From Octopus sinensis (taxonomy: Eukaryota), in contig NC_043005.1 of assembly GCF_006345805.1 (NCBI RefSeq), positions 64,046,001 to 64,110,000 of the forward strand: 64,000 nt of DNA. Direction: 5' to 3'. The notes under the pieces are model-generated. The model did no database searches. It worked only from the letters and a program-made list of their open reading frames with translations, and was not told the DNA's origin. Below are positions 36,951-48,920 of the stretch, piece by piece. Made by a program: the position numbers and the translations under genes. The number at the start of each line of letters is the position of its first letter. Within the stretch, counting starts at the first letter, position 1.

Positions 36951-38870
36951 ATATATCAATATATATATATATAACATTACATTATGTTGCATAAAACATA
37001 ATATATGATATATATATATATATACCTTTGCATATATATACATACATATATATATATATATATGTTTGTGTATGTATAGATATATGTATACGTGTATATA
37101 TGTATGCAAGTAACTATACACAGACATTTGAAAAGGAACTAATAGAATTTGATGGAGGAATTTTTTTTCTTCGCTATTTGATATCTGAGAAGTTGATAGA
37201 ATTTTTAAAAGATTTTCAAAACTAAATTTAAAAGCACATCATTTGATATTTAAACAACACCTTGAAAGTATTTTTGCTTCTTACTAATAAATACACTAAT
37301 TGTGTCATATTCTAACATATAAAAAAATGATTTATATTTCAAAATATATTCTTTAATTTGTGTTTCAAAATGACATTTCTATACTTCAATTTATCAGCAT
37401 TTTTCTTATATCCTTGCAGAAATATTACTCAAATGTGACATTTCATTTCCAACGTTATTGTTTTGTATTTTTTTTTTTTTTGTGAACGCGTTTCTCCGAT
37501 GTTCTCAAATGTAATGTAATCTTTTCATTACTCTATCACTTTTATTTTAATACGATATTCCATTGTCAGAAGGAACAAATCAAAAAAAAAAAAAAAAGAT
37601 TTATTTTTAGAAATGAAAAACAAAAATGCAAATTTGTTATCAAACTACCAACATTTGTAGTTTTATGTTGTTGTTAATTTTATTACAATAAGATGTTAAT
37701 ATTATTATATTCCCAGACTTATTGTTGTTGTCATTGCTGCTGCTACTGTCGTTGCTGTTGTTGTTGTAGTTGTTGTTGTTGTTTTCAATATTTACTGTGT
37801 ATGACGTGCAGCGCTAAACTTTTGCAAATTTTTTAATGTAAGTAGCTTAACTTTATTTTTTATTGTCTCGTTGAAGTTTGTAAGAAATTTAGTAATTAGG
37901 AAAAAGCATTTCTGGTGTAATGTCTACTTTGTAGAGAAACATAACATTTGAACTGTATTGGTTGGTGGGGAACATCGTAAGAAAGTAATTGTAGGAAGGG
38001 ACTTCGAAAATAAGAGAAGCAATGACAGGTAATACGCTTCTAAAAAATATATGAACCTTCAACGTGGCCTACTGAGCTGCTAGAAATAGCAATAAGATAT
38101 CCTTCAAATCCCACCTTAGCATCTGAAGGATACACAAGACAAATATAATACCAGGTAACCTATAAAAATATGGGATGGTCACGCTTAAGATGTTTTGGCC
38201 CGTAGGTGTGATCAATTAGAGTTGAGCCTGAGCTGACGTATTCATTAATTGACCTTGTAGTTATTATTTAATAACAACTACAAGGTCAAATAATGAATAT
38301 GTTTCCACCCGCAAAAAAAACAACAGGGATAATAATAATAAAAGAAGATTACATTGGATGATATAGTCCAATATATAAGGAGTGTTTATCAACATTCTGA
38401 ATCATGAATGACTTGGGGATAAAAGAAACAAAAACAACTGTGTATGCAACGATGACATTAACACTAACAGCTTTGCAAGAACAGCGCTGGAAGCGCCATT
38501 CATAAGCCAATATAACTCCGAAACATATTACGGATAGAACATGTACAATAGGATATACAAAAGAAAATTATATTGAAGCATATAAATTTCAACGAAGAAA
38601 CACATTCACACAGATAGCAACAGCAATTCCAACAACCAGACCAACGTTCCATAATTTGGTACCGTTGTAGGACAAAGAAAGTGAGAGTGAGTCATCTCAG
38701 TGAGAAGAAGGAATAGACAAAATAAGAAAATAAATCACAGTGCATCCTTGCCTGACAAATTAATCCGCGAAAAGGTGAGGGAAATGGTGATAAACACTAA
38801 AGGATTCATTATTTATATTATTTACATTATTCCCATTCGACAGATATTTGTCTTCATCTTGTTTGTTGTT

Positions 38871-38916
38871 AACACAACGTTTCGGTTGATATGTCCTCCA
38901 GCCTTCTTCAGGTGTC
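38871..38916 (-). ncRNA. Minimal hammerhead ribozyme motif in a Penelope-like repeat (about 38815-38930)
   Basis: Minus strand: GACAC-CUGAAGA-A-GGCUGG(8 nt)UCAACC-GAAAC-GUU-GUGUU; palindromic AACGUU in place of stem III. Confidence 0.75.
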
Positions 38917-38943
38917 TTGAGGAAATTTCGAACACCGTTAGCT

Positions 38944-39750
38944 TTATTTACCGCCAGACATCTTCTGTATGTAGAATGCACCAAATGACTGAAGAAGGCC
39001 ATGGGGATAGCAGCCCAAACTCTTAAAATTTGCAGTGAGTTGTGCCACAGTTGTCGGCCTTGGACGGATGTCATTTAGCCTTCTTTGGATTTCGTCCCAC
39101 AGATATTCTATGGAGTTGAAGTCCGGACTTAGGGCAGGCCATGGCAGTGCCTGGATGTTGTGCTGTTCAAGGAAGTCTGTTGTCAACCTGGCAGTATGGG
39201 CACGGGTGTTGTCCTGTTGGAAGATGTGCTTCCAATGACGGGCAAAGTATGACACAATGTGAGGCCTCAACACTTCGTCGATGCAGTGAGCAGCGGTTAC
39301 TCCATTGCCCTTGCCTTGGCCGATGCTTTGGAAGACCACCAGTCCAAGTTTCTGGTTGAGAGCAATCCGGCCCCATACCATGATGCTCTGCCTCCCCATG
39401 AATCTCTGTCCCCTACACAGCTATCGGCATGACATTCATCCCTTCTTCTCCAAGCCCTGGCTCTGCCGTCTACCACAGAGGTGAAATATCAACTTTCGAC
39501 AGAGAAGACTACAGTTCCTCCACTACTGATATCGCCAGTTCTGACGTTTTGAGCCCACTGCAGACATGCCCGTCGATGACGATCTATGAGGATGGGACCC
39601 CTAACCGGACGTCGAGAAGGTAGATTGAAAGATCTCAGCCGGCGGCGAAATTTCTCTGCACAAATGGGTCTGTAGTGAGTCCCTATGGTCTGCCTAGCTG
39701 ATTCCACTACCCTCCGAAATCGGTCCTGCAAGTGCAACTACCTAGAAATC
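38944..39750 (-). mobile_element. Tc1-like (DD34E) transposase fossil
   Basis: ORF 38944-39399: SIMVWGRI...FQQDNTRAHTA...LPWPALSPDFNSIEYLWDEIQRRL. Upstream ORF has RRRLRSFNLPSRRPVRGPILIDRHRRACLQWAQ (Tc1 HTH/linker). No TIRs found. Confidence 0.92.
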
Positions 39751-39805
39751 TGATAAAATCCATGTAATCTCATTATCAGTTCAGTGTATGTGTATATATA
39801 TATGG

Positions 39806-40117
39806 GAAGCACTCCGTCGGTTACGACGCGAAGGTCCCAGCTGATACGATCAACGGAACAGCTTGCTCGTGAAATTAACGTGCAAGTAGCTGAGCAATCC
39901 ACAGACACGTGTACCTTTAACGTAGTTCTCAGGGATATTCAGTGTGACACAAAGTGTGACAAGGCCGGCACTTTGAAATACAGGTACTACTCATTTTTGC
40001 CAAATGAGTGGACTGGAGCAACGTGAGGTAAAGTGTCTTGCTCAAGGACACAACGCATCGCCGGGAATTGAAGTTAAGATCGTGAGTCGAATGCCCTATT
40101 CACTAAGCCACGCGCCT
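39806..40117 (-). mobile_element. tRNA-derived SINE with CORE/V-like body and a different tail
   Basis: Minus strand GGCGCGTGGCTTAGTG...TTGTGTCCTTGAGCAAGACACTTTACCTCACGTTGCTCCAGTCCACTCA is shared with 16315; the tail differs. Confidence 0.82.
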
Positions 40118-40126
40118 TCACACACA

Positions 40127-40162
<36 letters not shown>

Positions 40163-41215
40163 TGTATGTATGTATGTATGTATGTATGTATGTATGTATG
40201 TTTATCTGTGTAATTGTACTGACTGTGTGGTTTGTTTTCACATCAATCTGAGGTCATTTTTACATTTCATCCAGTCTAACTTGAAAATAAAGTCGCAGTC
40301 AAATATTCGGGTAGCTCGTTTCTTTCACTTCTTCCTCCATGTGTATCTCCCACCGCTCTTTCTCTCTCACTTCTTTCTCTTTTTCTTTCAGTTTCAAATC
40401 TCCCTTTTTCGCTTTCTCTCCTTCTCTTCCACACTCCCTCTCACAGTCGGCTACGTTGCCTACGTTTCAATGGAGAAGGGTCACTGTGAGTGACCCTTCT
40501 TCTCAAAATGGACAAGAACTGACCAAAGATATAGTGACCTATTCTCGCCAAAAAAAGTTAATACCCTACGGAAACAATCGAAGGACAGTTTAATATCTAC
40601 CATCAGCACCAAACGAAAATAACATTTGTGTGTTTGTTTATATATGTGTATTTGTTTCTGTGTCGTCGATGAGAGTAAACGGCGGGGAGAACGAAAAACG
40701 TAAAAACAGAGGTGCTTCTTAAATAAATAAATAAAATAATACTCTATATAGTACTTGCTCCACACCGAAAGCGAATTGCACAGATAATACCGACAAGATG
40801 ATGATTTCCACAAGTAAGGAATCGAGAATTTTAAATTTCTGATGAACTGCCTGGCCTTTAAGACGACATAATTAAGCTTTCTTGGCAACCTTCTTTACTG
40901 CAATATTTCAACCTTTTCACCTTATCAGATTTCAATACACACAGCTACGAGTATGAGGAAAATTACATAATTTTGAATTTAACAGACTATTGATACAAAT
41001 AAAATTATCTATTATATAGATAATTCCAATGTTGCTTTTAGAGAAGATGGTAAAGCCGAGGCAGGCTTACAGAACAAAACTACTGGGAACACTTTATATA
41101 CGTGCAATATAGATTAATTTTGTTTTTGTTATTTATTTATTTCCAACTGACGCAATCATAAATATAATAAAAACAATAGTAGGCGTCTTCCGTCGGTATA
41201 CATCAGCAGAAATAT

Positions 41216-41332
41216 GCGCAAGAGTGGCTGTGTGGTAAGTAGCTTGCTTACGAACCACATGGTTCCGGGTTCAGTCTCACTGCGTGGCACCTTGGGCAAG
41301 TGTCTTCTACTATAGCCTCGGGCCGACCAAAG
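41216..41332 (+). mobile_element. SINE family A 5' half
   Basis: Head through GGCCGACCAAAG, abutting the hAT remnant. Confidence 0.85.
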
Positions 41333-41334
41333 AC

Positions 41335-41722
41335 ATTTGCCTCTGGTATGGCATCACTGTTTGGAACAACTTATGTCTGTGAGCAAACATTTTCAAAATT
41401 GAAGCATGTGCAGTCAGCACTTCGAATGAAGTTTACTGTGATATCTTACATGATATATTGATGATATTTTAAAAGCTAAACACCTGTTTCACAAATCTCA
41501 TTAACATCTTACTGCTTAGTTTGTGAGATTCGGATATGTGCGCACTGGGCGTGACATAACTATCTTATTGCTAACGTCGCTTTCTTTGATAACTTTTAAT
41601 AAATATGTTAGTTGTCTTTATTTTTTGCGAATTCACTATATTGTATTGAACAAAATGGTTACGCGGCCCGCGTTCGTCACTCTCTCAGCTATCTAGCCCA
41701 CTGTGCAAAAAGAAGACACCTG
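41335..41722 (+). mobile_element. hAT (Charlie/Buster-like) 3' remnant
   Basis: FASGMASLFGTTYVCEQTFSKLKHVQSALRMKFT resembles the hAT C-terminal dimerisation domain. Subterminal GCGGCCCGCG and a ...GACACCTG end are typical of Charlie-type elements. Confidence 0.75.
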
Positions 41723-41764
41723 CCTTAGGGGATGACGGTCTAGCTTTATCAACAGTGCAAAAGC

Positions 41765-42735
41765 AAGAAGCTGAATTTAGGAGGAGAATTTAGGTCTTGA
41801 AGACCCAAAATCTGAATGTCCTGCAACCGTGACCATCGAAGAAAAGATTGATCGTGTTCATCACACGGTGATGCGTAAAAGACACTCGACGATATGTCAA
41901 ATAGCCAATGCTGTTTTCGTAGCTCGTGCGAATTGAGAATATTCTGCACAAAGTACGAGGCATGACGAAGGTTTCTGCTCGTTGGCTGCCACGTCTTCTG
42001 ACATCTGATCAAAATTGCACGAGGCTGATCACATCAAGGAAAAATCTGATACTCTTTCATTGTTCCTTGAACTTTTTCTAAGTCAAGATGAGTATTGGCT
42101 TCATCACTTTCAGCCAGAAACAAAGAGATAATATATGCAACGGAAACATCCCTACTTATTTGCTCAAAATAGCCCAGTATCGTTTCATCTGCGGGGAATA
42201 TGACGACCTCAGTTTTTTGGCATGCAACAGACATGATATTATGTTTATTGAGTATCTTCAAAATGGCCACACCAGCAATGGAGACTACTGTGCCAACTTG
42301 CTGAGACAGTTACGAAAGACTATCAAGAACAAACATCCAGGAAAAACCGACAAAAGGGTTTTTGTTTCATCAGGACAAGACTCCAGAATATAAGTCGTTG
42401 CTTTCAATGGCTGCCGTGCGTTACCGTAGCTTTGAACTGGTTGATCACCCTCCCTAATCTCCTGATTTAGCCCCATCGGACTATCATCTGTTCTCCAACA
42501 CGAAAAAACACTTGGCTGGGAACGAGCATTGCAGTGATGATAACCTCATATCTGTTGCTGATGAATTTATTTGGCCAATGGGATAAAAGCTTCTTCACCA
42601 ATGAGATCTAAGCAATGAAACATAGATGGAAGAAATGTGTGGAGCGCAAGTGTGACTATGTAGAAAAATAAACTTTATTTGGTCAGATTCTATTAGAATA
42701 TCTTGATCAGCCTATGAAGTTTTCAGCCAATCCTC

Positions 42736-42736
<1 letters not shown>
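41765..42736 (+). mobile_element. 5'-truncated degenerate mariner
   Basis: KVSARWLPRLLT, QDEYW, HQDK and PDLAPSDYHLF motifs spread across frames; RWKKCVERKCDYVEK*; TIR-like end ...TTTTCAGCCAATCCTCG before a (TA)n tract. Confidence 0.9.
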
Positions 42737-42773
<37 letters not shown>

Positions 42774-43553
42774 TTTAATGTTTGATTCAGCTCGTGGAAT
42801 CTACCCATATCGTTATTAAATTATATAACTCCAAAGTTACAGTTGATTGCTAGTATATACGGGTGTATATAATGCATGCGGACCTGGTTCATTTTCCCGT
42901 ATCCTCTTATCCTTCATTCATGTTAATGTATCGTACGAACTGTTGTATTGTACAGTTGTTGTTGGTCTGACTGCTTTCTATATATTTAAAGTCAATCATA
43001 TAGAAACGTGTTCACTAAGTGGCTCACATCGTTTTTTGCTTTCTTTTATTTTGTTAGTTCTCTAATATCACAAGACCAAATATCATTCAAATAACCAGAA
43101 TGATATATACACTACATAGATGTAGATTATTTCAACAAAGATACTATTTCACAAGCACACACGAAAAATGGAAATGTGAATTGTTAGAATAAGTTATTAA
43201 AGTAATCACGCTGCGTTAGTTGATGGAATAGAAGTCTATTTAAACTATTTTTGACACCTTTCAAAATATTTAAAAAGAAGAAAGAAATGAAAAACAAAAA
43301 GAGAATTAAGTACGAACAGATAAGAATAACTAAAGCCATATCTGATGGAAACTCAATTAAGTAGTGTTTTTATATACCAATGCCACTACATTTCAGTACA
43401 AACAGAAAATGTATGCATTTTTATGATTAATATAACTCACGTTTTTATCGGTAAGCTTATCTTTCTCTTAGGATTAACTTTATGTTCGTTTCCACTTTGT
43501 TTTATTAAGAATTTGGTTTATTTTTCCTTTAAGCATCACAATCTCTCTCTTTA

Positions 43554-43603
<50 letters not shown>

Positions 43604-43754
43604 CCTAGTGACTTTCTTTTCACAAGTTTAAATGTATGACATCTTTCAAAATATTTAAAAGGAAGAAATATATTTTACATCATGTGGAACCGTTAATCCC
43701 TAGACATGCTTTCTCTGTCTCTTGTTTTCGTCCTCTCTACTTTTCATTTTCCTC

Positions 43755-43793
43755 TCAATCCTGTCGAAGAGCATAGGCTCGAAACGTCAAAGG
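43755..43793 (+). ncRNA. Hammerhead-like motif with variant core (repeat about 43690-43885)
   Basis: CUGUCGA-A-GAGC(AUAG)GCUC-GAAAC-GUC-AAAGG; same repeat family as 17925-18118. Confidence 0.5.
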
Positions 43794-43890
43794 CTTTTCT
43801 ATACTTCACGAGCATTAAACTAACCCGCCGCTTGTTGTTCCTTCACTTGTCTTCGTTTTTTGAGATGTGTAAATTTGAACTATATATATA

Positions 43891-44360
43891 AAGGGCGTCG
43901 TCGAATTACGACCAAAATTGGTTCCGACCGACTGGTAGTAAGTCGGCCTATACGCCTACATAGCTTTGTTTTATATTTTAACATTGTTAAGGTACAGTCT
44001 CAGATAAAAGTCACACACAGCATTCTGTATTATGCTACAACAGTGTTATTTGTTCGGAGTCGCAAGCAGTCGTCTAATAAACAAATACGAGGTTGTCTTG
44101 ATGTCTCTGCGACAGAATATTAATCCAACACTTAGGATAGCCAGAGTGGCGATCGAAAACCAAATCTAGGGTAAGTGTTTGTTAGCTGACATCATCCATA
44201 GACGGGTTCATTTCTAAGAAATTAAACCCATTAGATTTCAACTGTATATATGTATATATATAGATTGGACTATATATTATTTCTGCCGGGGGCTGGCACG
44301 CCAATCGTCGTAGAGTCGATCGGTCGTAAGTCGGATAGGTCGTAAGTCGCCTACGACCTG
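43891..44360. mobile_element. pogo/Tigger-like MITE, degenerate
   Basis: Left AAGGGCGTCGTCGAATTACGACC versus right GGTCGTAAGTCGCCTACGACCTG, with subterminal GTCGTAAGTCG repeats, inserted in (TA)n. Confidence 0.7.
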
Positions 44361-44419
44361 CATATATATGTATGCATGTACGTATGTATGTATGCATGCA
44401 TGAATGTATATATTAATTT

Positions 44420-44972
44420 ATGTCTTTGTTCAGTTTTATTTCAAGATTTCTTGCCAATAGAGGAGCCGGTTCCTAACCTAGATCAAAGGCTCCGTCATTG
44501 GAATTTCAACATCAACAACAGGGATATTTTTCATGTATATATAAATGTATGTATGTATACATGTATTTATGTATGAATGTATATATGTATGTACGTATGT
44601 ATGTATGTATGTACGTATGTATGTATGTATGTATGTATGTATGTATGTATGTATGTATGTATGTATGTATGTATGTATGTATGTATGTATATTTGCATGT
44701 TTTGCTCTATGTATTCTCATGGATATAGTTGCCTATTTAGACATGCTCATATATATATTTAGATGCTAAATTTCTGAAAAGTTTTACAGATTTTTATAGT
44801 TCCAGTGATGGACTGGATCTGTGGTCTTCGAATTAGCTTTCTCCTTTCTGGTTTTGAGAAGCCTAATTTCTCAAGATTGGCATTTAGGCAGTGTGTTTCA
44901 TATCCCAGGGCTCCAATAATTACAGGTATAAACCTGAATTTGCAATCTGGATAGAGTAGATACAAATTTCTG
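44420..44972 (-). mobile_element. 3' end of non-LTR retrotransposon with restriction-like endonuclease (R4/Dong-like)
   Basis: SRNLYLLYPDCKFRFIPVIIGALGYETHCLNANLEKLGFSKPERRKLIRRPQIQSITGTIKICKTFQKFSI* is an RLE C-terminus. It is followed by a 3'UTR with internal (TACA)n and a terminal segment containing a GGAGCC/GGCTCC hairpin. Confidence 0.8.
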
Positions 44973-46304
44973 GAAGACATCGAAGCGGGACAGAGACTGA
45001 AAGAGATTTTTTAAATGATGCAACCGAAGCAAATACCTGTTTTAATCGAAAATAGTAAATATACTTTTTCATAAGAATCACCATTCCTGCTATACTGTTA
45101 TTTCTACAACTAGACTTATTTGTCTAATCTACTGGTATTCGCATACACATAAGAAATTGTGCATTTTCACACTATTAACAAATGTAAATGTGTATAGTGT
45201 TCAAAATACATATATTGAAATCACATAGACGTTATATGTTAACAAATCTATATCATACCTATGTGTGTGTGTGGTTGTCTGTTTGCGCATATACCTAATA
45301 CATATGTATATATATATATAGATATATATATATAAGAGAACAAAGTGTACGTAGGCCATTTTATATATATATATATTCCCGCATATATACATGTGATACA
45401 CACGCACGTATATATGTGCACACTCATACATGCGTACTTCTATACATGTGTGTGTATTCTTGTATTCATGTAAGTGTGCATCTATATATATAAACATGTA
45501 TGTACACACGTACGTGTATGTATGTATGTATGTATGTATGTTTTGGGATAAATGTTCATCTTTGACACCGTGTTTGTGCGTCTGTCTTTTGCACAATCGT
45601 TCAATTGTTCTGTGTGTACGTATGTGTGTATGTGTCTGAGAGACAGAGAAAGAGAGAGAGCTGGAGGAGACAGAGAAGAAGAGAGAGAGAGAAAGAGAAA
45701 GAGAGGATACAAAGGAGAAGAGAGAGAAAGAGAGGGAGACAGTGAGACAGATAGTTTGCATATGTGTGCGTATGTATGTGAATGTGTGTGTGGGTGTATA
45801 TGTGTCATATCTTGGTTGACTGCGAGTCAGATTTTTATCTTTTATCATACTTTATGTTAGTTTCTATCGCTAGTGCAAACAACAAAACTCGTGTAATTAT
45901 TCTTTGCTCCATTGGTTGGTTGTTCGACTGCTATCTATTTCGAAGAAGCTATCTCTAAAACGCTTCAGTCATCCGTGACTAAAACGAAGATAATAGCAAA
46001 TTACTGTAAACTGATCGTAAAATTACATTGATACAAGACTTTTTTTTTTTCAGAAGATAAACAAACAAAAATTAAATGAAATAAATCTCGTACTCTACAA
46101 CTACAACGCAACGCGACGTAGATGTTTACTGAAGATAAAGAGAAAGAACAACAAATATTGTAAAGTGATCAGTAATTATTTAAAGATTCTACAAACAATC
46201 AATTAAAGTGCGTGGATGTGTGTGGTTGTGTATATGTGTTTGCACGCGTGCGTGTGCGTGTGTGTCTATGCGTGTGGGGGTGTGTGTATGTGTGTGTACA
46301 TAAA

Positions 46305-46336
<32 letters not shown>

Positions 46337-46409
46337 AGAGTGAGAGAATCAGAGATTTTGTGCAGTTTAAGATGCCTACATAGGTAGAGTAGAAGGTACA
46401 GTGCTATGT

Positions 46410-46446
<37 letters not shown>

Positions 46447-46577
46447 AGAGAAGGAGGCTGATGGAACAGTAGATTAAATAATCACATGATCAAAGAAGAT
46501 TTGATAGCAGGAGGTTTTCTGTCGATCTATCTATCTATCTCTCGCTACTTCTCTCTCTCTCTCTCTTTCTATATACG

Positions 46578-46617
<40 letters not shown>

Positions 46618-46752
46618 CATATATATACGTATGCATATATGTATATATATATATATATATATATGTATACATAGACGCTAACATAAGTGCATAAACACAA
46701 AGCATACACACACATATACGTACAACATTCAGATATGCATACATACAGACTT

Positions 46753-46783
<31 letters not shown>

Positions 46784-46792
46784 CACATACAT

Positions 46793-46976
<184 letters not shown>

Positions 46977-47372
46977 ATGAGTCTATATATAAACGAATTC
47001 CAATAAGAATGTTGAAGTTATGACGATGAGATTTGGAATGAAGCAAAGATGCACTAGTTTAGTTTTTTTGTTATCTTTTCATTTGTTTTCATATTTCGAA
47101 CATAAAATATCTTTATCAAATTACACATTTGAATAAAAAATATATCTTGTCTACCGAGGCACAATTGAATAGGCCTAAGCTCAATTGTGAGATGGCTAGA
47201 GATATACCCATAGATCAGTCTGCTGTTTCCAGTAATTCACATGTTTAAAATTGTATTTCTTGCAGACAAATCCAACTTAGAACTCCGAATAACGTTGCAT
47301 TTCGCTATTCAGTTACGAGTATATATTTCATTATGTAACATTGGCCATTCTGTGGGGTGAACTTACCTACAC

Positions 47373-47387
47373 GAGTAGTAGTAGTAA

Positions 47388-47473
<86 letters not shown>

Positions 47474-47483
47474 TAGTAGTAGT
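47373..47483. repeat. (AGT)n microsatellite
   Basis: Direct reading. Confidence 0.98.
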
Positions 47484-48082
47484 TCAAAAAGAAGAAGCAG
47501 ATTAATATGGATTGCTTTGGTTACAATCCAACAATTTTGAGTGAAAGGGCTTAGTAGAGATCTTAAGTGCTACATTATTTTAGCGATCGCATAAGTCTGA
47601 AAAGATGAAGTTGAAGTCAGCTGTCATTTGCACACAGAATGTAAAGAGCCGGAACAAAGTCATATAATTTGATGCTATAACAATTCTACGAATCCGCCCT
47701 AATAATAATTCTTTCTATTAGAGGCACAAGGCCTAGAATATTAATGGGAGGGAGCTACGCGATTACCTTGAGCCCTAAAGCTGGACTGGTACTTATTTTA
47801 TTGATCCCGACAGACAAAGTTCACCGCAGTGGGATTTGAACTCACAACGTAAAGCGTAAGAAAAAATGGCCGCTGAATGCTTTTTCCGACCCTGATTTTC
47901 TACCTTCTGCTGATTTTCTACCTTCACCGGCCTTATAATAATGCTTAATTGTTTCTCATATAGACACAAGGCCAGCAAATTTTGATGAAACGGGGATTGG
48001 TCGATTACATTGACCCCCGTGTTTGTCTTATATTAACCCTCAGATGTGAGTAAAGTTAAGTTGACCGCACATTTGATTTCTA

Positions 48083-48333
48083 TTGGGCTGGTGCATAATT
48101 ATTGCGGCTTTTTTAATTTTTGTTTTTCAACAAATTATATTCAGCAAAAACAGTAACATTAACAAAAACATCTTTAAATGACGGTCTGACTGTCTGCCAA
48201 GCAAATGGGAAGCAGTAATTGAAGTAGATGGTGAATAATCCATAATCATTTAAAGATGTTTTCTTATATGTTATTGTTTTTGCTTGATAAAATTTGTTGA
48301 AAAAAAAGCCGCAATAATTATGCACCAAATCCA
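48083..48333. mobile_element. mariner-derived MITE (about 250 bp)
   Basis: TA-TTGGGCTGGTGCATAATTATTGCGGCTTTTTT ... AAAAAAGCCGCAATAATTATGCACCAAATCCA-TA; the inner ~26 bp of the TIRs are perfect; no coding capacity. Confidence 0.9.
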
Positions 48334-48552
48334 TAAATCAGCAGTAAAGCCAAATTTGAGTATCAATTAATTAAGTTGACTCAGTATGACACGTATACAT
48401 ATTTTAATGACAATGGGCAATGTTAATCTGAGGAGGGTTTGAAATCAGAACGAACATGGTCTATACGCATACCACAAACTAATGGTTGTTACACAAACGA
48501 TTTTATCAAAATACATTAAAACCCAGAGACACATCTGTCCAACTGTTATAAA

Positions 48553-48920
48553 TATTCTTTTATTCTTTTACTTGTTTCAGTCATTTGACTGCAGCCATGC
48601 TGGAGCACCGCTTTAAAGGGTTTTGTAGTCGATGAAATTATCCCCAGGACTTGTACATTGTAAGCATAGTGCTTATTCTATCGGTGGTTTTTGCCGAACC
48701 GCTACATTACAGGGATGTAAACACACCGACGTTGCTTGTCAAGTGATGGTGGGGGGGGGGGTCAAACACAGGCACAAAGACGCACATTAATAATACATAC
48801 ACACACAAAGATTATATACACACACAAAGATTATATGCCCAATCTCTCGCGCAGTGGGATTGAACCCGGAACCATGTGGTTGGGAAGCAATCGTCTTACC
48901 GCACAACAATGCTTGCACCT
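48553..48920 (-). mobile_element. SINE family A, internally deleted
   Basis: Tail and head match family A on the minus strand; middle part missing. Confidence 0.85.

Noticed and set aside
45201-45848. Longest ORF (215 aa)
   Set aside because: Composed of AG/TG/TA low-complexity sequence.
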